In this document: in pieces, positions 50,301 to 64,000 of the stretch | Position numbering within the stretch: the first letter of the stretch is position 1 | Layout: each line of letters opens with the position of its first letter | Assembly: GCA_964016885.1 (NCBI GenBank) | Contig: OZ024740.1 | Span: 331,762,001 to 331,826,000 of the forward strand | From: Eledone cirrhosa | Taxonomy: Eukaryota | Direction: 5' to 3' | DNA length: 64,000 nt | The notes under the pieces: model-generated | Database searches by the model: none | The model's input: the letters and a program-made list of their open reading frames with translations, nothing else | Told to the model about the DNA's origin: nothing | Translations under genes and position numbers: made by a program

Positions 50301-52429
50301 TGTCGGCCCGCGTTCGAAAATACCTTATTCCGTTCAACGCCGAGTACCACTGATAGCTTGTTATATTTTTGCCCTGCTCTGGAATCATGTAGATATGCTT
50401 AGCGAGCAATGCAAATATACACATCAATTACTTCCTCCTCTCAAACACTTAAGATCTTATATTAGTGTAAAAAATCAATATTTTTATACATTGTAAACCT
50501 GAAATTCAGGTAGAGTGGTGTTGTTAAGCCGTGTCGGTTCTTTCTATATGCCTCTGGTTTCAATTCCACTATGTGGAACCTTGGACGTCTGATAACTACT
50601 GTAGCCCCGAGCTGATCCATGTTCTATTAGTGAATTTTGGTAAGGTAAAATCTGAGTAGCAAGCCGCCCTCATTTCATATATAAAACGGTCTACTTTGAA
50701 TAAAACAATCTTTGAATCAGAGAAATATACATTGTACTGATTAATAGAAAAGATATCAGTTCGAAATATGTATATAAATCAATCATACTTTCCGATTATA
50801 AATACTCTCAACATTTACAAAGACTTTCTTTATATATATTGTTAAACGGTTATATTGCCATGTTCGAAGCTAGAATAAATCATGTTTTTCTAGTATTCTT
50901 ACCTACAAATATAAGCATATCAACTACTATATAATACACTAAAATCCCCAAAACACTTTGCATTCTAGAAAAGAAAAGAATTTCCGAAACAACAGAGTTA
51001 TCTATGAATATGAATAGATTAAATGCGGAAACTAAATTACAAATGAATAATCCAATTATACAGAATAGACTCGTGTAATAAAATGAAATTTTGGAATAAT
51101 ATTTCTAAGGAACGAAAAAAAAATAATTTACCAGTAGAATATCTCTTCTTGGATAGGCATACAGAACAATCAATTAAAGAAGAGTTTACGTCGTAGATAT
51201 TTTCCATAGATTCTATACACAGAATCTTCTCGATAAAACTTTATTTCAGCATAATATCTTTATTCCGATGCTTAGGTATCTTTGATATTATCACATCTTA
51301 AATTATTAGCATCAAAACTACATTGCGTTTATTATGCACAAACATATGGTATATGTGTTCATAGAGGGTTTTATTCTAAATCCTGTTGTGTTAAAAAACC
51401 TAGCCTGTCAAGTTTGCACTATATGCACCAACAATAGCATATTTACCAAATCTATAAAATATTGTCGTATACACCTCAGCATCTGGGCATACGAAATCAT
51501 AAGATAGCAATTTGTAATGATAGTGGAATGTACACACCATTCATCTAATCATGCTTAAGTAGTTGTAACATGATTGCAATTGAACATTTCCACAACGAGA
51601 TTAAATATATCTTTATTATACATAAACATATTTATAAACGTACTTATACTATTTTTGTGTGTGATTTTAAATTCTTCTTTCTCATCCAGATATGTATATA
51701 TCTGTTCATATACATTTTCAAACATTTATCTCTTTCTTATATAGCCGGAATTGCATTTAACTTGAGTTTTTAGTTGTTATTAAACAATACATTATTACGT
51801 ATTCTCTTCGAAATACTATTGTCTTGAATGTTAATTTATTTGGCATATTTTTTTTATTTTATTGTTTTACACTTAATAGTTTGAAGTCCTGAGGCACCTT
51901 TAAATATTGGAAGATTGAAATTTCTTTATAGATTATTTCTCATATATTATTGCGTTTAACTATTGTAGCTAAACATTTAACTATTTATAATCAGTTGGTT
52001 TAAACTATTTATTCCATTCTATCGTTGTCCATTGAGCTTGCTTTAGGGAGAAATGTCTTTATTTGTTTTTTGTTTTCTATTTTACATCATTATCCATTGT
52101 GTGAATTAAATATTTTATATCTCTCAAGTGTCTACTTTTGTGAAATACTCTTTTGGGATGCAGCTGACATATTGTTGAAGCTCTTTATTCATTCTTAATC
52201 TATATAGTTTCTTCTTATATTCTATGTACTTAAATATTGACGTTACAAACATGTTCACCTCAATAACAAACACCATTCAACAGTTATATTCACTTCAGTG
52301 CTACATATTTTCCTCTTTCAATATTTTTTAATTAATGAAGGCGTAACTTAGGCGGAGTTTAGTAGGTGTGGATCATGGGGAAATATATTTTAAAACTATT
52401 ACTAGACACTGAGTTGTAATCTTATAAAT

Positions 52430-52640
52430 TCGTGGTATCGACTGACAGAATGAAGAGAGTCCTTGAGGTCGGCGAAGGGGATGTGCTGAAAAGTCAATGC
52501 CACTCACAGAGAATATTCTTAGGAATAGCTGTATCCGTGTGGAGAGTTCCCTCGGGGTCCAGTACCCCGATTCTTTTTTCTGCTTTAATTGAAAATGAGC
52601 TGAGCTGGTTTAATTGTTGTCATTCATGTTGATAATATTT
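52430..52640 (+). mobile_element. possible decayed LINE RT fragment
   Basis: VSVWRVPSGSSTPILFSALI resembles the GVPQGS.LSP.LF motif. Confidence 0.3.
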
Positions 52641-54094
52641 AGCGTGCTCTGTTCGAGCAGATATTTCATCAAAGACCTTCTCTTAATGACCATATCATTG
52701 GTTTTAATTTTGTTCGTACAGAAACGATCAAGGATATCACTATTCCCTTTGTTAAGGATATGGTGTGTGATCTAGATTAATTTGCTATCTTTATATTTTA
52801 TGCCGCTTGCCGATTGTATCCAAACCAGAGCTTTCGACGTTTCATTCATCTTATAATCCTTGTTTCTTTCACTAGAATAATTAGCCAGTTTTTTTAATTA
52901 CTCCATGGAAGTAAATAAGTTCAAAATGTTCATGATCACATTCAATTTCTGTGATTATCTTCTGATCCTTCCCGTCAATGTGAACAATCGGAAAATAATA
53001 TGATGAATTAATATTGTTTTTAATCATAGTGTACTCTCTATTTAACTCTGTAAAATAATTATATGGTTTTGGCTTTAACCTGAAAACAGGTTTGATTTTT
53101 ATATTTACTAGAAAGGAAAAGCAGATCTACAAACAAAACAATTACAATAACACTCATCATGTCTTAAATATGATCAGAAGCAGCATGTTCTGAAGGATAC
53201 TATATCTATCGTAAATGTTCAACTGTATAAGATCATCATATTTTATTCTATTCTTTGTGAAACACCTTATAGTATAAACTTCAAATTGATGTATCAGTCG
53301 ACTTAATTGGACTTTGGAATGGAAAAATATTGGACACAGGCACATACGGGAGTCGAACCAGGATCCCAGAATAAAAGCAAAGTAATTTCAAATTTATAAA
53401 CTTAAAATACTTTTCATAAACATCAGTTCATTCACATTTCAAGTCGTGTGTTTAGACATCTATTTAGGCCGTGAAAGATTGAGCAACAACTTTTAGTGCA
53501 ATAAATATTCATGCTGTTCGGCGTACGGCAACCATCTCTGTCAAACACTTCTATCTCCAAATTAATTTAACCGACTTATGCGCCTATATTGTAGCTAATA
53601 TATGAATTGCGTTAGATTTTCATAACACCAGCAAATAAATTTGAAATTTCAACTTACCCACTTTCTTCGTAAGCATATATGTACACATGGAGAGTGCATG
53701 TGTGTGTATGTGAAAGCACTACGCAAACAAGTACAGGATTTAAATATATACCATATAAAATGTACACATAAATGATGATTCATAACTCTATAAGCAAATA
53801 AACTATGAAAGTGAATATACTCACTATTATACTGTATCAACAGTTTCTTATGCGAAATTATATAATATATGAAGCTGTGTGCGTGCGTGTGTGTGTGTGT
53901 ATGTGTGTGTCTATGTGTGTTTGTGTTTCTGAGTTTGTGTGTGTGTGATCTAAGTGTGTCTGGTGGGGGTTGGGTAGGTGTGTTTGCAATAACCTGTATG
54001 TATTTATGCCTGCATACTCACACACACACACATATATATATATATACAGAAAGAGAGAGTGGGAGAGAAAAGGAAAAAGAAGATGAAGTAGAAA

Positions 54095-54340
54095 ACACAT
54101 ACATATACACATGCATACATACATGCGTACGTACACTCATACACATACATACACACATACATACGTTCCTACATACACACATACACATACACACATACAT
54201 ACATACATACATACATACATACATACATACATACATACATACATACATACATACATACATACATACATACATACATACATACATGCAGGCATACATATAT
54301 ACATAGATACGTACATACATACATACGTAGGTACGTACAT
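54095..54340. repeat. (TACA)n tetranucleotide microsatellite
   Basis: Direct reading. Confidence 0.95.
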
Positions 54341-54694
54341 TTTATCATCCATGAACACCAGCTAATTACGATACAATAGAGAAGCCGGAAGCCAACTGAG
54401 CAAATATTTGCCTTTTTTCGCTTGATGTTATATAAGAAATGCAGATTTGACGTTTATTAATGATAGTCTCTTATATGTGCTTTTGAAGCTGCTCACTCAT
54501 TAATATACCAAAAGTTAGCCCCATTTAACAGCTGAACTGTGGAAATCTCTATATGTTGCAAAGTAGAGATAACTGACATACCGCATTTGTAAATATTTCT
54601 TCATATTTCACTGGTATAAAATAAAATTACATTAAGCTATTTTTTTTTTTTATATAATGCCTTAAGTTGCAGCTAATGGAAGTCATCACATATA

Positions 54695-54894
54695 TGTCAT
54701 GATGATGATTATGATCATAAGCATCATGATCATCATCAATGTGATAAGCAAAAGGAATGTGAGGATGGCGATGATAATGTAAAATGATTACGACTATTAT
54801 GTTGACAACTACGACGACAATGATTGCAACAACAGTGGTGATGATGATGATCATGATGAAAGTAATGATTATAATCATGATTATGATGAGGTTC

Positions 54895-54936
<42 letters not shown>

Positions 54937-55038
54937 TCCACGACAACGGCGACGGAGATGATAACGATGAGGATTATGTTGATAATGATGGCGAAGAAGA
55001 AGACGACGACGACGATGATGATGTTGATGATGATGATA

Positions 55039-55085
<47 letters not shown>

Positions 55086-55593
55086 GATGATGTTAATGAT
55101 GGTGTTTATGATGCAAGTTGTGGTAGTGTTGATGATGACAATTACAACGTCACCGACGGCAACGACGTCACCGACGGCAATGACATCACCGGCGTGAACG
55201 ACGTGAACAACGTGAACGACGTCAATGACGGCGCCACTGTGGTGTGGTGGTCGTTGGCTTCATTTTGAAGTTTATGCTGACAACAATTACTACAACAATA
55301 ACGATGGTAGTCATGACAAATATGTTAATGATGCTGATATTGATCGTGTTGATGATGATAATAATAACAGTGATGATGATGATAGTGATGCCGACACTGC
55401 CAGTAATGTTAATTGTGATGGTGATTATGATGATGATGTAGAGGGTAAGTTGCTTATACCGATAGTGGTCATGGTACTTGTGGTGTTGTTGTTGGAGGTG
55501 GTGGGGACTCAGTGTTTATCGTTATAATGACGACGACAGCAATGATGACCATGATGACAATGATAATGATGAAAGATGATGATGACGACGATA

Positions 55594-55633
<40 letters not shown>

Positions 55634-55665
55634 CGATGACAATGATGATGATAATGGCGATGATG

Positions 55666-55703
<38 letters not shown>
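54695..55703. repeat. ~1-kb degenerate (GAT/ATG)n trinucleotide field
   Basis: Direct reading; source of the poly-M, poly-D and poly-I ORFs. Confidence 0.92.
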
Positions 55704-57845
55704 ACTTTATAGGATTACTGTAATATTCTTATGGCCAACATAAATATAGATTTATGAATTTTGACCCATCCAACAATCAGATCGATATTCCCATTAGAAT
55801 TCATATATAACATTCGTTTTATGGAGTTTGGTCGGGGACCCAACAAACTTGACGTTTGCTGCTAATTATGATTTTTTTCTAATATATTATTTGTGTTAAG
55901 AATAAAGTATGCAGTTTTATGTTTGATCTTTCCATAGCGAATATGTAATTCTGTAGCCAATATATATTTCTATAGCCAATATGCATTACATTAACTTCTT
56001 TTCAGTATCTATGTATAGTTATGATCTAATACCTTATTGAAATGTCTAAAGTTATATAATATATATTAGATGTTATATACTTTAGGAGCTGTAATTTCAG
56101 GGAAAATAATCTAAAGGGTTCTCGATCTAGAGATTTTCATTCAAAAATGATACATTTGTGTTTGTAATCGTAATTACATTGCTTATATATTCTATGTATC
56201 CTGATATAATTATATTAAGTTATTATTTGATATTCTCACTTTAATGTTCTAGAAACTGATATGTTTTGATACATGTTTTGGATGTTCATGAGCGAAACTG
56301 AAGCCTTTTCAATAACATATATTTTCTTTTACTTTTATGGCAAGGCGTTTGCATGTCAGCCTATCTAATCTCATCACTCAAATATCGAAAATATATTTAT
56401 ATATTTATGTTTATATTCAAAATGAACATTAGTTAGCTCAGCGACCATTAGGTTTTACATTCGTCATGTATAAAGATGTTAACGTAAATAAAAAATATCG
56501 CAGAGTATTTTCGATGCCGTTAATGTTAAATGTAATTCCAAACACTATTCAGGGAGACATTTGTAGAATGTAATACGTTTCTAGAACCATAAAACTATAT
56601 CGACTCGCTAATGGTTCCTAATTTTAGGCAACCAAACTACCCCTACTATTCTTGTTTTACTAAAATGGGACCAATGGTTCTGAAAAAAAAATTAAACATA
56701 AAATTATTTACGATTTTATTCGTTAATATTAATGCGAAGGTGATGAATAGGATTTTTGTGAGTTGAAAAATCAAAAGAATCTTTCGCGTAGTCACATAAC
56801 TAGCTAGAAATATCAACCAGACACCCTAAAATTACGCACTACACTTTTTAAAGAATAGCAGTTTAGAGAACATAGTCCAAGATATAATGCTATGTAGTTA
56901 TTGCAGGAATGTTCTAATAATGTTTGCTTAATCTGAACTAAATCTGAACTAAAACCGTAAATGCAGTAATTCATGGTAGTGGGAAGCACTTGTGCGATCA
57001 TTACACTTTCGATATCTCAAATGGCGCACTGTAGTCTCAAAACAGTTCATAATATCTATTGACAGATAATATAGTCACAGTTTGAATGTCATTACATATC
57101 AGATGTTCACAAAATAGGAAATTTTTCCTTCAAAGTAGGAATATATATTTGCCTTATAAAAGCAAGGAGATCAAGTTGAAAATAGACACGGAAATCAAAA
57201 TAAGCGTTCAACACATTGCAGGAAATACAAAATTGTAAAACATGTAAGACCACGCAAGTACGATACTAATATATATTGAAACAGACAAAACTAAGCGCCA
57301 GAATTAACAAACTCTCAAGCACATTACACTGCAACAACAACGTATTCAAACTAACAGCTCAACGTGGCGTAATAAATCTAAATATAGTGCAATACAATAA
57401 TGACTCTATTAAATTAAAAAGTGTTCGATCGGCATAAAATTCCTATTGCATTAATACAAGAACAAATGTTACCTCAACAGTGAATGCCTTAATTGTATTG
57501 GTTGAATACTAACTGATATGAGAAGATGCAACATAAAATGCATCTTGTCACGTTTCCAGGATACAGGTGCAACAAACGACACAAGAACACAAATAGGGCA
57601 CTGAAACAGCGCAGAAGAAATGTAAGCATTCAAATTAAAATGCATGGAGAGGAAATGCAAGCCAACAGGGTGGTTGCTCTATGTTGTGATTTGATGTGCT
57701 AGAAATAACCCCATATCACTCAAATTAAGCTAACGTTTAAAAACAGAACATATATGAAAATATGTTTTTTAGTCATACTAAAGATAGGGTGGCAATATCC
57801 TGAACACATTTGAATATATGTCTGATCGATCAGTGCAGACATAAT

Positions 57846-58830
57846 GTTCTTCTTCTGACACATGAGACAGCTGCAAGTATTTCATGAGCCTCCAGTGTTA
57901 TGGCCAGCTTACGATAATTGGATTAGGGTTTGTGAGGTCCATATACTCATCTGGGTGGAGATCCGGGCAATCACTCAGCATATATTCAGCAGTCTGCTCT
58001 GGCAAGCCTCATTAGCAAACTGCTGGTAATGTTGCCCCAACGTGGTGCATTGCTGTATTGAATCGGCCGACACATCTGCGTAGCCTATTCAGAGACAGCC
58101 ACTCTGTCCGATGTAAGTTAGCGTAGTGCGGTTGATATTCATTTGCGTAAGTCGAGATGTCCATTGCCAGCTAGCTCTCCACGTCTCACAGCTTTTCTTA
58201 GTGGCGAGAGAAAAATGGCGTGACATCAAGTGATATTGGCCCAGTAGCTAAGAGTTTTCTGACATGCTATGGAACAGTTGACTTGTGTTTATTGAAGCCT
58301 TGCTTAACAAACTATGAGTTGTAAGGCACTCTTCACGGAGAAGGTTGTTTCGTGCAAGCATATTTGTACGTAAGAACTGGAGGTGCTGTATTAGATCAGC
58401 TATCGGTTCAATTTCACTCCGAGACAGGACGATATCCCGTTTATGGGAAAGGTGTGCCATTGGGTTTATTACGATTGACCTCCTTGTTGACGATCTGTGT
58501 TGCGATTTGGGAAATGGGTCCAGAATTATGCAATGTGGAAACGAGCTTTGCGTATTGGCACAAGCGCGACCAGGATTTGAGGTTGTATTCCATGTCTGAA
58601 TGTAAACTGTTCGTCTGCTTAGAGTCGAACAGCATTTACATTCCAGTTGATGATGATCATTTTTCTAGTGAGGCCTCACGTAGATTGAGATGCTCAGTGA
58701 TATTTACTTTTTACTTTGGTGAGGACTTCAACACTTACTGGATGACATTACATCCATGCTATCCAGTAATACACTGCATGGTGCCTGCCCTGATGAGGGT
58801 ACTATCCGGCTGTGGTCGTCGAGAATGCAT
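57846..58830 (-). mobile_element. internally deleted, decayed Ingi/Vingi-type LINE retaining both ends
   Basis: Minus strand, in order: structured 5' leader; SVEVLTKVK.NITEHL (APE start); KPNGTPFP*TGYRPVS (pre-RT); LMSRH; EWLSLNRLRRCVGRFNTAMHH.G.....C**GLPEQTAEYMLSDCP (C-terminal Zn knuckle region); (GAA)n tail. Confidence 0.75.
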
Positions 58831-61239
58831 TACATGACTTGTACAAAATGCAAGAATATGTATACTATTGATTTACTGCTGCTATCTCAGATTCTTGTCG
58901 TTCACCTGATCGATATGAGAGATCAGGTATCAATTTCAAGGGCTCACAGCGAAGATATCGACAAACTGCGAGTCTAGAGCAAGTGTTAAACAACAATAAC
59001 AGAAATAGCAAATTGCATCAAACGAAAACTTAAGTCAATAGCGGGAGCTCCATGCCATGATCCGGTTTGCTTGAAGTAACCATATATCCCTCAAATCATG
59101 CTACACATTTAAAATTGACATTATGCAAAGCTTCTATGTAAAAAGATCTATAATACAGATAATTAACGATTTCACACAATAGCATCACAATTTAACGTTT
59201 TACATCAGATCACCTAAACACCAAAAACCAAACCAACACAGGGCAACCTTTGCTAACTACATTATCCACCACATTCCACCCTCAAAATATCACCCTGCAA
59301 ATACAACCAAACGGGACGCTATCTATAGATGTTCTGATAAATGCTGTGTCATCATTGCAACATATTCATATAAATTGAGCGTCTATCACTCAAGCAAGTG
59401 ATCCTCTATGTGAGCGCCCGACATACTAGAACGCGCAGTGGAATCACTCTCAATTTCCACCGTACTGTTTTGAAAGAAAATAACATGGGCAAACATGGAC
59501 AAAGCTCAACAGCATTCACAACAGATGTAGGAGCAAACAAATAAATAGAAGTCAAGAGTTCTTTTAAATCACACATTATCGCCTTAAACCTTGTACGACA
59601 TATTTGTTAATGTAATCCTAGATATATAAATAAACGTGTTAATCAAGACTGCATTGTATTGTATCGATCTGTACAGATTTGTCTCATCTCCGTTTAAATA
59701 ACAACAGCAGTAAGAAAATAACAAAGAATATAGAGCAAATAAATGAAGTTATGCGAAAACGTTTCTAAATATAGACCATGAAACAAGTAATATAACTTTA
59801 TACAAAATACATCACAACATAAACGGCTCTAATAACGGCTCTACAACATCAGCTGAATCTTTCAAGGTTTAGTGGTCGATAAAAAAAATTATTAATTATA
59901 TTGCCGGAATATTAAAATCATTTGCCGAAGTGTCCATACAATGTGTTTATAACATTTACATTATACATAAAATATGTAGTAACTGAAATTAAGTAATACA
60001 CAAATGACTTATAACAAATAATTTACGTGCTTTCTCAAGATCATGCTGAATATAACTTATATATGTATAGATATGATGGGTTCGGAAATTCTGCTGATGC
60101 CCTTGGCAGAAGGGTTCCTGTGAGAGATATTTTGTTGGTGAAGCCATCATACACTCCATTTTATTTTTCGTTGTTAGTTGGTGGTTAAATGCACTGGTTA
60201 ACATCCGTCATATGACTTGGATAAGGGTACGTATGGGACTTGATTTCCATTATTGGCCTTTTTAGAATTATTAATAGAATGCATAGGTTGGTGATGAATC
60301 TGTATGTTGCTACTTATCTTGAGTTTTGCAAGTCTTTATAGTTCATATGGATTCACTCGGCTTCTAGTTTCTAAGAATTTTACATTGTTAGTACAAGTTT
60401 TTATTGGTGATGCATCTCAGCAGTTCAGCCCTGTTCGACCACACCTGTGATCATAGTGATTTCATGTAATACAGCTTCATATAATTCAACGTATCATTCG
60501 GCAGTTAGAGTATCCAAGTTGATGCTATCTCATTTGCTTGTAATACAAGTAATTGTAGCTGTCCATAAATGCAGTGTTTTCTTCATTCCTGAGAAGTATA
60601 ATTATATGTAACTTGGTGTTTTTCAAATGTTGTGATTTTTTTAGTTTTAGAATTTCAATCAAGTTTCATGATAAAATATTAGTTGTGGTTTCTTTCAACA
60701 ACTATACACAGAGGCCCTTTAGACTATCATGAGCACCATAGTCTTTTTCCAGCACGATCCCCTTTCTAACCCCACTTCCACACATTTTATAATAATCATC
60801 TACAGTTTTAGAAGAGTATCGAATGCGGGTTATTGAAAATATGCAATGAGTTGTTTCCCTTGAAAGTAAAGTAATTTATTTTTTGTCAAACACAGGTTAT
60901 CTCCCATATAATGTCGCCTGCAAAACACATTATCTCTTTAAGTTATATGATAGCAAATTAAAATTGAAAATAGAAAATTATCATATGTTCACAATTCTGA
61001 TTAGAACACACGCGATCAAAGTATTTCATACTTTTTTCTATTGTCTTTGTCTAAATGAGGTTAAAGTCATACCCATTTATAAACTGTATGGTGAGTGAAA
61101 TTAGCTTTTCGTGTCTTTACTTCCAGATTCATATCTATAAATATTTGAGGTTCAAGAAGTCATACACACACACACACGCGCACACACACACACACATACA
61201 CACACACACACGCGCACACACACACACACACACACACAG

Positions 61240-61276
<37 letters not shown>

Positions 61277-61825
61277 CCGGGTGTCCAAAAAGTATATACT
61301 CTTGGATTACTTATACAGGCACTATTTATTAGAATGATACCCTGTATATTGCGCGTGTATTCGTGTGTGTTCGTGTGAGGTGTATTAATCATCTGAACGA
61401 ATTCACTGTGTAAAAGCATATTTGATATTTAAAGAATATATAGCTCTAGTGTAAAATTGATCTCTAGCATAAGCACAAGACATCAGGAATAAAAAAAAGA
61501 TGTGTTATTGTAATCAAAGGCAACTAAGTAATTAGCATGAAAGGCAAACTTGATGTGGTAGGATTTAAAAGCGTGCGTGGATAATGTTAATATATATACA
61601 TAACTTTATAAGACACAGAATTGTATTTCGTGTTATGAGTTATTGAGTACCCATTTAATATTTTACTAGTTTCAGATATTAAACAGCAGCGGTAATGCTA
61701 GAGCATATTCTTTGAGAGGTTTAGTCGATCATATTGACCTCATTAGTTTTGAAGGGGTAATTAATTTTTTCGACCGATTTATCAATCCGTCATGGTACAG
61801 GATATGAACAAATAGTAAAATAAAG

Positions 61826-61907
<82 letters not shown>

Positions 61908-62309
61908 ATGTAATGGCTGCAACACGGTTCTGGAAACTGCCATTACTTGATCCTTTTCTCACATATCGGAGGTACGAATACGAACGTGAGTTTTTTTTAC
62001 CTGTTAAATATTTATATTCTCTTCTGAAATGCTACAGCGAAAGAACGAAAAAAAATCCCTTTTGAACTTGTAAGCCATGCTCATGCAACACTCGTCTAAG
62101 ACGTTTAGAGCAAGTGAATTGTGTGCTTCAAGCACAGTGAATAACTGGACAATCCCACTTTCACAACAATAGTGGTAGGAATACGAAAATAATAGCTCGA
62201 CAACAACGAGTCACAGGATATACATATGATTTTCTTCTCCTAGAACGATCTCCTTATATAGGCCAAGGTCCCGATCTCGTTGGGCTAACCGTGTGCTCCA
62301 GGACTAATC

Positions 62310-62864
62310 CGAGTATCACAATTTCGTTCTTGGTGGATGAACTGAACCTTTATACCAACAATATAAATGGCATGAAGAATAACCTAGACCTGGTTATGAT
62401 GTTCTCGAAAGATATAGAAATGGAATTTGACCAGGATAAATGTTCCTATATTTGTGTAGAGTGTGGAAAAACTACAAGCCAAACTAGCTATATCTCTATC
62501 AATTCTACCCGAATGTTTCATGGGTATTAGACTGCTACAGATACTTAGGATAGAGGAAAATATATCACTTGATGGAATTTGTAACACAGAATGAGTATCC
62601 ATGGAATGTAAAACAGGAATAAGAAACATATGACCTTCGAAACTCTCTGCGCTAAGAAATCAGTGGCCATAATGTGTTTCGTGTGCCTGTGCTGACACCA
62701 ATATTTGTGCTACTTGACTGGACAAGAGATTCGAGTTATTGAAGTTAAAACCCTCCGACATCTACGAACAACCAGGCATAGAAGCCTACCTATAGAGCAA
62801 ATCTCTCTACAAGAGGCATGTAACATCATAAGGATTGGTAATGAGTTCTTTGAGAAATATTCCC

Positions 62865-62886
<22 letters not shown>
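62310..62886 (+). pseudogene. decayed R4/Dong-clade non-LTR retrotransposon RT fragment
   Basis: FLVDELNLY...DLVMMFSKDIEMEFDQDKC, YRYLG, ELSA..KSVAHNVFRVPVLTPIFVLLDWT..EIRVIEVKT. Confidence 0.78.
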
Positions 62887-63408
<522 letters not shown>

Positions 63409-64000
63409 ATACATATATATATATAGTTAGGGAAGCAGAAAATTGCTATTTGTGATCCAGTTCGTGGTTGAGAAAGCCAGTTTCATGGATAGTTTCAACG
63501 TACGATCAGGGGTAACTCCACAAGTTTGTAAGAATTCCGTTCAATCTTGGAGTATAAAGTATAAAAGAGGTAAGCATGAAGAGAAGGGTTTTCTCCAGGT
63601 ATTTACCTGGATAAAATCCTTCTCTTAATGCTTACCTCTGTTTTCTCTTTTATACTATATATATATATATACATACATATACGTATGTATATCCCAGAAA
63701 ATGCCCACACTTACGTAAAAAGGTAGTTGCATCGCTACGGCGTCTGGCACATTGCTGGCTGTGCAGTTTGGTGCATTAATTTGGTACTGCACTCGTGATG
63801 TTAGTTTGCACAATAGATTAAGTGACTGGTCTGTTGGTTAGATCTATGTAAGATGATAACAAAAGGGGAAATAAATGCGTAAACGTTATGGCTGGGAATA
63901 TGGAGTACAGATAGTGCACTTATTTATGTGCAACAAGAGACGCCAGAAGCAGGGGAAAAAGGACACCCGTTGATGAGAAGAGAAAAAGCATGCCAGTCAC

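Noticed and set aside
54627-55712. Poly-Met, poly-Asp and poly-Ile ORFs
   Set aside because: Translation of a degenerate (GAT)n field.
58785-58812. CTGATGAGGG-TACTA-TCC on the plus strand as a hammerhead
   Set aside because: No GAAA or stem III follows. It is better explained as the antisense of the Vingi-type 5' leader.
60060-60240. YLSQEPF..GHQ on the minus strand, like a P-element transposase motif
   Set aside because: A single weak motif with no supporting neighbours.

Overview
AT-rich eukaryotic DNA, densely interrupted by (TA)n, (CA)n, (TACA)n and (GAT)n microsatellites. The repeat complement resembles that of octopus/cephalopod genomes (inference). I find no supportable host protein-coding gene: nearly all long ORFs in the track are microsatellite or satellite read-through, or antisense to transposons. 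The window is a transposon graveyard with more than 10 copies of one tRNA-derived SINE, decayed RTE, R4/Dong and Vingi-type LINE remnants, a hATm transposase remnant, non-autonomous Helitrons, a 27-bp satellite and several Penelope-like elements (PLEs). The most striking structure is a graded series of at least seven fold-back insertions sitting in (TA)n tracts, from a 2.9-kb Neptune-type PLE down to 60-bp hairpins. All share one architecture: an inverted repeat, with one arm ending on the TA tract and the other extended by a 30-110 bp tail. Some carry minimal hammerhead-ribozyme motifs with palindromic stem III. One Naiad-type endonuclease fragment has an in-frame TGA at a conserved Cys position (possible selenocysteine). 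A 523-bp non-coding unit with 220-bp direct repeats begins at a predicted hammerhead cleavage site (retrozyme/pLTR-like). Family assignments come from motifs recognised by eye and need database confirmation.
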